Below, one piece after another: positions 57,652-64,000 of a stretch of DNA of 64,000 nt. The stretch spans positions 128,001 to 192,000 of the forward strand of contig JBBRRY010000001.1 in NCBI GenBank assembly GCA_038245905.1. The letters run 5' to 3'. The translations under genes were made by a program, and so were the position numbers. The notes beneath the pieces were generated by a model. The model was not told the origin of the DNA. It saw only the letters and a program-made list of their open reading frames with translations, and did not search any database. This stretch comes from Thermoanaerobaculia bacterium (GTDB lineage: Bacteria; Acidobacteriota; Thermoanaerobaculia; UBA5066). Position 1 is the stretch's first letter. Each line of letters starts with the position of its first letter.

Positions 57652-58479
57652 ATGACCGCTGAGCGTCTCCAGAAGATTCTTTCCGCCGCCGGCATCGCCT
57701 CGCGGCGTGCGGCCGAACAGATCATCCTCGAGGGCCGCGTCACGGTGAACGGCCACAAGGTGAAGGAGCTCGGCGTCAAGGCCGACATCACGAAGGATCA
57801 CGTCAAGGTGGATGGAAAGCTCGTGCGCATCGCGGTCGCGCGGCGCTACATCCTCATGAACAAGCCCAGGGGTCTCATCGTCACGCGCGAAGACCCGGGC
57901 GGCATTCCGACCGTCTTCGAGCTCCTGAAAGGCCGCGTGGGGGAGCGTGTCGTGGCCGTGGGACGGCTCGACGTGGAATCCGAAGGGCTCCTTATCCTCA
58001 CGGATGACGGCCCGCTCGTGCACAAGCTGACGCATCCGTCCGGCGGCTGCCGCAAGGAATACGAGGTCAAGGTTTCCGGCGTGCCGACGCCCGCGCAGCT
58101 GGAAAGGCTTCGGCGAGGCGTCACGCTTCCCGACGACGGCGCGCGGACGTCGCCCGCCGACATCGAGCTCGAGAAGACGACTCCGGAGAAGAACGGAGCC
58201 GGCGGAAACGCGTGGCTCAAGGTGACTCTTGGCGAGGGACGCTCGCGGCAGGTGCGTCGCATGTTCGACCTCGTCGGGCATCCCGTGACGAAGCTCCGCC
58301 GGGTCGCGATCGGCCCGATCCGCGATGCGAAACTCCCGCCCGGCGCCTTCCGCGACCTGTCGCCCGAAGAAATAATGGCGCTGCGCGCGATCCGGCCGGC
58401 GCCGCCGCGCCCGCGGATTGCACGTCATCGGACACACGGAGCGCGGGGGTCCGCTACGCCGACGAGAACCGGGGCTTGA
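57652..58479 (+). CDS. rluB: RsuA/RluB-family pseudouridine synthase
   Basis: ERLQKILSAAGIASRR, NKPRG, GRLDVESEGLLILT, EGRSRQVRRM. Confidence 0.85.
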   Translation: MTAERLQKILSAAGIASRRAAEQIILEGRVTVNGHKVKELGVKADITKDHVKVDGKLVRIAVARRYILMNKPRGLIVTREDPGGIPTVFELLKGRVGERVVAVGRLDVESEGLLILTDDGPLVHKLTHPSGGCRKEYEVKVSGVPTPAQLERLRRGVTLPDDGARTSPADIELEKTTPEKNGAGGNAWLKVTLGEGRSRQVRRMFDLVGHPVTKLRRVAIGPIRDAKLPPGAFRDLSPEEIMALRAIRPAPPRPRIARHRTHGARGSATPTRTGA

Positions 58480-59162
58480 AGGCGCTCGTCGTCGCGATCG
58501 ACGGGCCCTCCGGAGTGGGGAAGTCCACGGTCGGCAAGGCGCTCGCCGCCCGCCTCGGCGTGCCCTACCTGGACACGGGTGCGATGTACCGTGCGGTCGG
58601 ACTCGCCGTGAAACGAAAGGGGATCGCCCTTCCTCTCGAGGACCCCGCCGCCGTCGTCGGCATCGCCTCGGGTGTGGACGTCCGCGTGACCGGGAGCGCG
58701 GAAGACGCGCGGACGTGGCTGAACGGGGAGGACGTCTCGAAGGAGATCCGGACGCCCGAGATCTCGAAGTACGCGTCGGCCGTTTCCGCCCTGCCGGGAG
58801 TCCGGCGCCGGCTCGCTGGCATGCAGCGCAGCCTCGCGCTGGAAGGGGGCGGCGTGCTCGAGGGCCGGGACATCGGCACGAAGGTCGTTCCCGAAACGCC
58901 GCACAAGTTCTTTCTCACAGCTTCCCCTGCCGTGCGGGCCCACCGCCGCTTCGCGGAGCTGTCGGCGAAGAACTCGCTCGAGACATACGAGCAGGTCCTC
59001 GCGGACATGGAAGCGCGGGACCATGCGGACGCGACGCGAGCCGACTCGCCCCTCACGGACGACGGGACGTACGCCCGGCTGGACACGTCGGAGCTCTCGG
59101 TAGCGGAAGTCGTGGAGCGAGTGCTTTTGGCCGTCGAACGACCGGTTACGCCGGCCGGTTGA
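58476..59162 (+). CDS. cmk: Cytidylate kinase
   Basis: IDGPSGVGKST, LDTGAMYRA, EGRDIGT; TTG start overlaps the upstream stop. Confidence 0.95.
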   Translation: MKALVVAIDGPSGVGKSTVGKALAARLGVPYLDTGAMYRAVGLAVKRKGIALPLEDPAAVVGIASGVDVRVTGSAEDARTWLNGEDVSKEIRTPEISKYASAVSALPGVRRRLAGMQRSLALEGGGVLEGRDIGTKVVPETPHKFFLTASPAVRAHRRFAELSAKNSLETYEQVLADMEARDHADATRADSPLTDDGTYARLDTSELSVAEVVERVLLAVERPVTPAG

Positions 59163-59268
59163 CCGGCCTCCCCCCGCCCGTCTAACATCAAGGGTTCCGG
59201 TCGCTTATGCGTTTGCCACGAGGCGATCCAGGCGATCCAATATCAAGCCCGCGAAGGAGCACGCGTAC

Positions 59269-61014
59269 ATGTCGCCAAGGGACCCGAAGAACGACGGTGG
59301 CCAGATGGCCGATGAGGGCGCGCAGGACGGAGAGTTTGCGCGTCTTCTCGCCGAGAGCGAGCGCTCGCTCAAGGAGGGAGAGCTCATCCGGGGCCGTGTG
59401 CTTCAGGTGACTGCCGACGAGATCCTCGTCGACATCGGCTACAAGTCGGAAGGGATGATTCCCCGCTCCGAGTTCCAGCACATGCCGGCCGACCGCCTTC
59501 CCCATCCGGGACAGGAGATCGAGGCCGTGCTCGAGCGCACCGAGGGGCCCAACGGCTACGTCGTTCTCTCCTACGAGAAGGCCCGCCGCGGGAAGGCGTG
59601 GGATGTGGTCGAACAGGCGTTCGCCACGAATTCGTCCGTCAAGGGGCGCGTCCTCGAGCGCGTGAAGGGGGGCCTTTCCGTCGACATCGGCGTCCGCGCT
59701 TTCCTGCCGGGCTCGATCGCCGACTCGCGCCCTCTCAAGAACCTGGACGTCCTCAAGGGGCGCGAGCTCGAGTTTCGGGTCGTCTCGCTCGACAAGAAGC
59801 GCGGCAACATCGTGTTGTCGCGCAAGGCGATCCTCGACGAGGTCGCCGAGGTCAAGAAGAAGGAAGCCTCCGAGGCCCTCGCGGACGGCCGCGTTCTCAA
59901 GGGTGTCGTCAAGAATCTCACCGACTACGGGGCATTCGTGGACCTGGGCGGAATCGACGGCCTCCTCCATGTGACCGACATGACGTGGGGCCGCCTCGCG
60001 CACCCCTCGGACGCCGTGCACGTGGGACAGGAAGTCGACGTGAGGGTCCTTCGCTTCGAGGAAGCGACGGGCCGTATTTCCCTCGGTATGAAGCAGCTGA
60101 AGCCCGACCCGTGGCACGACCTGCCGGCCCACTATCCGGTGGGAGCCCGCGTCCGCGGCAAGGTCGTCTCCCTGACCGACTACGGCGCCTTCGTCGAGCT
60201 CGAGGAGGGCGTCGAGGGCCTCATCCACGTCTCCGAGATGTCGTGGACGAAACGAGTCAAGAACCCCTCGAAGCTCCTGAACGTGGGCGACACGATCGAG
60301 GCCGTCATCGCGGACGTGAATCCCGAGACGCGCCGACTGTCCCTCTCGCTCCGCGCGACGGAACCGAACCCGTGGGAGCAGCTCGCCGAGAAGTTCCACA
60401 TCGGCGACCGCATCACGGGCACGGTCCGCAATCTCACGGACTTCGGCGCCTTCGTCGAGATCGAGGAGGGGATCGACGGTCTCATCCACGTCTCCGACAT
60501 GTCCTGGGGCCGCCGCGTGAAGCACCCGTCCGAGGTCCTGAAGAAGGGCGACGAGGTGCAGGCCGTGCTCACGGCGATCGACGTCGAGAACCGCCGAATC
60601 AGCCTGTCGATCAAGGAATTCCGCCCGAACGAGTGGGAGGAATTCTCCGCGAAGCACCAGCCCGGAGACGTCGTCGACGGCACCGTGGCGAAGGTGGCCG
60701 AGTTCGGCGTCTTCGTGCGGCTGCCCGAAGGCCTCGAGGGCCTGATGCACGTCTCCGAAACGCCGCTCGCGCGTGGAGAGAAGCCGGCATCGCACTATGA
60801 GGAAGGCGACGCCGTTCGCGTCCGCGTCCTCCGGATCGAGCCGGCCGAGCAGCGCATCGGTCTTTCGTCCCGCGACGTGGAGCAGCCCGCGAGAAACGAG
60901 ACCCATGCGCCGGACGAGGACGTGGCGACCGAGCCCAAGGAAAGCATGGCGGAACACACGACGGCGGAGGCGGCCGAAAAAGCCGTTCCGGCCGGAACCG
61001 ATCCGCACGAGTAA
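59269..61014 (+). CDS. rpsA: 30S ribosomal protein S1
   Basis: Six S1 repeats (DIGYKSEG, TDYGAFV, GLIHVSEMSW); follows cmk. Confidence 0.96.
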   Translation: MSPRDPKNDGGQMADEGAQDGEFARLLAESERSLKEGELIRGRVLQVTADEILVDIGYKSEGMIPRSEFQHMPADRLPHPGQEIEAVLERTEGPNGYVVLSYEKARRGKAWDVVEQAFATNSSVKGRVLERVKGGLSVDIGVRAFLPGSIADSRPLKNLDVLKGRELEFRVVSLDKKRGNIVLSRKAILDEVAEVKKKEASEALADGRVLKGVVKNLTDYGAFVDLGGIDGLLHVTDMTWGRLAHPSDAVHVGQEVDVRVLRFEEATGRISLGMKQLKPDPWHDLPAHYPVGARVRGKVVSLTDYGAFVELEEGVEGLIHVSEMSWTKRVKNPSKLLNVGDTIEAVIADVNPETRRLSLSLRATEPNPWEQLAEKFHIGDRITGTVRNLTDFGAFVEIEEGIDGLIHVSDMSWGRRVKHPSEVLKKGDEVQAVLTAIDVENRRISLSIKEFRPNEWEEFSAKHQPGDVVDGTVAKVAEFGVFVRLPEGLEGLMHVSETPLARGEKPASHYEEGDAVRVRVLRIEPAEQRIGLSSRDVEQPARNETHAPDEDVATEPKESMAEHTTAEAAEKAVPAGTDPHE

Positions 61015-61053
61015 CCAGGAGCGGATCATGACCGGCGTCCGGGGATTGACCGC

Positions 61054-61959
61054 GTGAAGCGCTCCACCGTCGCTTGGATCGTCGCGGCCGTCGGTTTCGC
61101 GTTCCTGCTCCTGCTCGTCTCGGCGGTGGCTCTTGTGTTTTCACCGCGTGGCGGCCCACCGTCCTTCGCCCTCTCCGGGCGCGTGGGGGTCGTCGATATC
61201 GAGGGAATCATCCTGTCCGCCGATCGCTTTCGCGAAACGCTCGCCAAGTTCAAGTCCGCGCCCGGCGTCAAGGCCGTGGTCGTGCGCATCAACTCGCCTG
61301 GCGGCGGCGTGGCCGCGTCCCAGGAGCTCTTCAGCGAGATCCGCCGCTTCCGGAAGGAGACCGGCAAGCCGGTCGTCGTCTCGATGGAATCGGTCGCGGC
61401 GTCCGGCGGTTACTACGCCGCCGTGGCGGCCGACCGAATCGTCGCGAACCCCGGCACGATCACCGGGTCGATCGGCGTGATCATGCAATGGATGAACTAC
61501 GGGGACCTCCTCGAATGGGCGAAAGTGCGTACGGTGACGCTCAAGAGCGGCGCGCTGAAGGACGCGGGCAATCCGTCCCGGCCCCTCACAGACGAGGAAC
61601 GGAAGTATTTCGAAGACCTCATCCAGGCGCTGCGCCTGCAGTTCCAGGCGGCCGTGGCTGAAGGCCGCAAAGGACGACTGAAGCCCGAGGCGCTCGCCCA
61701 CATGTCGGATGGGCGCGTCGTAACAGGAGAAGAGGCGGTCGCGTTGGGACTCGTCGACGAGATCGGCGACTACCGCGATGCGGTCGACCGCGCCGCGCGC
61801 CTCGCAAACCTCGCGGTGCCCGCGGAGGTCTGGCATCCGCGGCCCACGAGACCAGGACTCATCGAGCTCTTGACGGGACCTTCGGAATCGACGTGGACGG
61901 GGCGCCTACTTTCGGGCGCACCGGTGGGGGGCGGATGGAACGTCTTCTTTCTGTGGTAG
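61054..61959 (+). CDS. sppA: Signal peptide peptidase SppA (S49)
   Basis: RINSPGG, AASGGYY, TGSIGV, GLVDEIG. Confidence 0.93.
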   Translation: MKRSTVAWIVAAVGFAFLLLLVSAVALVFSPRGGPPSFALSGRVGVVDIEGIILSADRFRETLAKFKSAPGVKAVVVRINSPGGGVAASQELFSEIRRFRKETGKPVVVSMESVAASGGYYAAVAADRIVANPGTITGSIGVIMQWMNYGDLLEWAKVRTVTLKSGALKDAGNPSRPLTDEERKYFEDLIQALRLQFQAAVAEGRKGRLKPEALAHMSDGRVVTGEEAVALGLVDEIGDYRDAVDRAARLANLAVPAEVWHPRPTRPGLIELLTGPSESTWTGRLLSGAPVGGGWNVFFLW

Positions 61960-62330
61960 GCCGCGCGGAAGGCACGACGACGAAGGCGGACCTCGTCGAA
62001 CAGGTCGCCCACGCCACCGATCTGACAAAAAAGCAGGCGGAGATCATCGTCGACTCGGTGTTCGACGGCATCATCGCCTCGCTCCGGTCGGGCGAGAAGA
62101 TCGAGCTCCGGGGATTCGGCAGCTTCCGGCTGCGCCAGAGGGGCGCGCGCATCGCGCGAAACCCCAAACGCAGCGGCGTGAAGGTCATGGTGCCCCCGAA
62201 GCGAGTGCCGTACTTCAAGCCGGGCAAGAAGCTGAAAGAGCTGATCAATCAGACGACACCCGAGGCGCCCGCTTCGTCCGCCGCACCCGGTGTGCCGGGA
62301 ACACGGACTCCGGGAGCCGGCCCGGGCTGA
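61953..62330 (+). CDS. ihfB: Integration host factor beta / HU-family DNA-binding protein
   Basis: TKADLVE...IELRGFGSF...RNPK...PYFKPGK; rpsA-sppA-ihfB synteny. GTG 61953 is the nearest canonical start. Confidence 0.85.
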   Translation: MVGRAEGTTTKADLVEQVAHATDLTKKQAEIIVDSVFDGIIASLRSGEKIELRGFGSFRLRQRGARIARNPKRSGVKVMVPPKRVPYFKPGKKLKELINQTTPEAPASSAAPGVPGTRTPGAGPG

Positions 62331-62818
62331 TGGAGGCGCTTTTCACGCCGTGGCGCGCGGCGTACCTTACGGGTGACGGGGAGCCCGTGACCGGGTGCCT
62401 GTTCTGCGTCCTTCCGGGCCGAACAGACGAGGACGGCCTCATCGTTCACCGGGGCCAGGCGGTGTACGCCGCTCTGAACCGGTACCCGTACACAAACGGG
62501 CACCTGATGCTCGCACCCTTCGCGCACCGCGCGTCGCTATCGGCGATGACCTCGAAAGAGCGTCACGAGCTCGTGGATCTCGCCGCGGCCGCCGAGGAGA
62601 TCCTCGCCGAGGCGTACCGTCCGGACGGCTTCAACGAGGGAATCAATATCGGCCGCAGCGCGGGCGCGGGAGTCGCGGACCACGCGCATTTGCACGTCGT
62701 CCCTCGCTGGGACGGCGACACCAACTTCCTGACGGTCCTCGGCGCCACGCGCACGATTCCCGAGGAGCTCGGGGCGACTCGAACGAAGCTCGCTGCCGCG
62801 TTCGCCCGCCGCCCGTGA
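62330..62818 (+). CDS. HIT-family hydrolase
   Basis: CLFC, NRYPYTNGHLM, GAGVADHAHLHVVPRW. Confidence 0.92.
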   Translation: MEALFTPWRAAYLTGDGEPVTGCLFCVLPGRTDEDGLIVHRGQAVYAALNRYPYTNGHLMLAPFAHRASLSAMTSKERHELVDLAAAAEEILAEAYRPDGFNEGINIGRSAGAGVADHAHLHVVPRWDGDTNFLTVLGATRTIPEELGATRTKLAAAFARRP

Positions 62819-63084
62819 AGCGCCCGGATGGAGAGATCGTCCTCCTGGTGCTCGCGTCGGCCGTCCTTCCGGGACTCGGCCACGCCCTTCTCGGCCGGAG
62901 AGCCAGGGGCAGCGCCTTTTTCGCCGTCGTCCTCGCGACCCTCTTCGTGGGACTCCTCCTCGAGCCCCGGAATCCGACCGCGGCCACGTACGAGTACGGT
63001 CGCACGTATCTTCTCGTCGCCGCGATCATGCAGCTCCTCCTCGTCCTCGACGTGCTGGAGCGCGCATCCGGGAGGCGCGGATGA
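62815..63084 (+). CDS. Small membrane protein, DUF6677-like
   Basis: LPGLGH...YEYG...LLVLD pattern; shorter than I recall for the family. Confidence 0.55.
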   Translation: MKRPDGEIVLLVLASAVLPGLGHALLGRRARGSAFFAVVLATLFVGLLLEPRNPTAATYEYGRTYLLVAAIMQLLLVLDVLERASGRRG

Positions 63085-63263
63085 GTCTCGCCTCCGACCA
63101 TTTTCCGCTTCTCGTCCTCCTCGCGGCGCTCATGGCCTCGTTCGCGGCGCTGCTCTGGAAGGATGACCCGAATGACGTGCGCCGCTTCTTCCTGAAGGCG
63201 CTTCTCGGTCTGGTGGGCTCGGCGGTCGCTCTCGGATTCCTCTTTCAGGCGGTGTCACGTTGA
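63081..63263 (+). CDS. Small two-TM hypothetical protein
   Basis: 60 aa, two hydrophobic helices, start and stop overlap both neighbours. Confidence 0.6.
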   Translation: MSLASDHFPLLVLLAALMASFAALLWKDDPNDVRRFFLKALLGLVGSAVALGFLFQAVSR

Positions 63264-64000
63264 AGCTCCTCGTCGTGGCCGGAGAGGTCTCCGGCGACCA
63301 GCACGCGAGCGCGCTCCTCGCCGCCCTCAGGGACCGAGTGCCGTCTCTCGTTGTATTTGGAGTCGGAGGCGAAAACTGCCGGGGACAGGGCATGCGCCTC
63401 GTCGCGCACCAGAAGGACCTCGCCGTCGTCGGCCTCGTCGAGGCGCTTTCGAAGCTGCGCTTCGCGCGAAGGCTCATCCGGACGCTCGTCAAGGAAGCCG
63501 TTGCGGAGAAGGCCGACGTCGCGGTTCTCGTCGATTCCCCGGACTTCAATCTCCCGCTCGCTCGTCGGTTGACGAAGGCAGGAATCCCGGTCGTCTTCTA
63601 TGTGTCGCCCCAGGTGTGGGCGTGGCGGAGCTCCCGCGCCACGACGATCGCCCGCCTCGGCCGCGCGGTCCTCGTCCTGTTTCGCTTCGAAAAGCGGTGG
63701 TGGGACGCCCGCGGGCTTGGCGAACGGGTCACCTGGGTGGGCCACCCGCTCGTGGATCGGGCGGCCTTGGAGCTTGCCATCCCGGCGGCGCCGCCGGTCT
63801 CGGGGCCTTCAGCGGCGCCGCGGCGTATCGTCCTGATGCCCGGCTCGCGCACGGGGGAGATCCGGCGCAACCTGCCCGTCCTGCAGGGCGCGGTGAGAAT
63901 TCTCAGGCAGAGTCATCCAAACCTCGAGGTTGTCCTCGTGCAGGCCGACTCGATTCCGGCAGACCTCTTGAAGGATGTGGCCGGCTCGGACTTTGCCTCG
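63260..64000 (+). CDS. lpxB: Lipid-A-disaccharide synthase (runs off the window edge)
   Basis: Manual translation: VAGEVSGDQH, VVGLVE, DSPDFN, YVSPQVWAWR, VGHPL, PGSRTGE. Confidence 0.95.
   Translation, partial: MKLLVVAGEVSGDQHASALLAALRDRVPSLVVFGVGGENCRGQGMRLVAHQKDLAVVGLVEALSKLRFARRLIRTLVKEAVAEKADVAVLVDSPDFNLPLARRLTKAGIPVVFYVSPQVWAWRSSRATTIARLGRAVLVLFRFEKRWWDARGLGERVTWVGHPLVDRAALELAIPAAPPVSGPSAAPRRIVLMPGSRTGEIRRNLPVLQGAVRILRQSHPNLEVVLVQADSIPADLLKDVAGSDFAS

Noticed and set aside
59900-60760. Repeated DNA segments in rpsA
   Set aside because: Explained by the normal tandem S1 domains.
61953-61985. Possible ACG start for the IHF/HU gene (ACG ACG AAG where MTK is expected)
   Set aside because: An in-frame GTG at 61953 and ATG at 61935 exist, so a non-canonical start is not required.

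Overview
High-GC bacterial chromosome segment, most likely Acidobacteriota (Thermoanaerobaculia-like; an inference from gene content, not a database result). It is mostly housekeeping genes: aminotransferase/rluD/lgt/lspA/ileS, mtnP/adenosine kinase/ribH/nusB, leuS/lptE, rpsT, a tol-pal cluster, an S55 peptidase plus beta-propeller pair, a peptide ABC transporter split by a five-gene lipid-modification cluster (FAD oxidoreductase, DUF1365, two Cfa-like methyltransferases, DUF1295), coaD, pabB/pabC, uvrC, an S53 peptidase, RNase P RNA, recG, trpS/scpA/scpB/rluB/cmk/rpsA/sppA/IHF/HIT and partial lpxB. One accessory island (about 32.55-35.8 kb) holds a frameshifted secreted HEXXH metalloprotease, a lipoprotein, a collapsed remnant of a second such module and a divergent ECF-like sigma factor. 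The most unusual signal is a recurring AT-rich asymmetric motif, consensus about GAAGATTT(G)CTTAGAAGG(T/G)GAAGA. It is written over coding sequence of core genes, mostly as convergent pairs, several about 124 bp apart. Many genes have TANNNT boxes 5-11 nt before the start codon (probable leaderless mRNAs). Several genes show indel or deletion scars that may be real or assembly errors. No tRNA, rRNA, CRISPR array, transposase or integrase was recognised.
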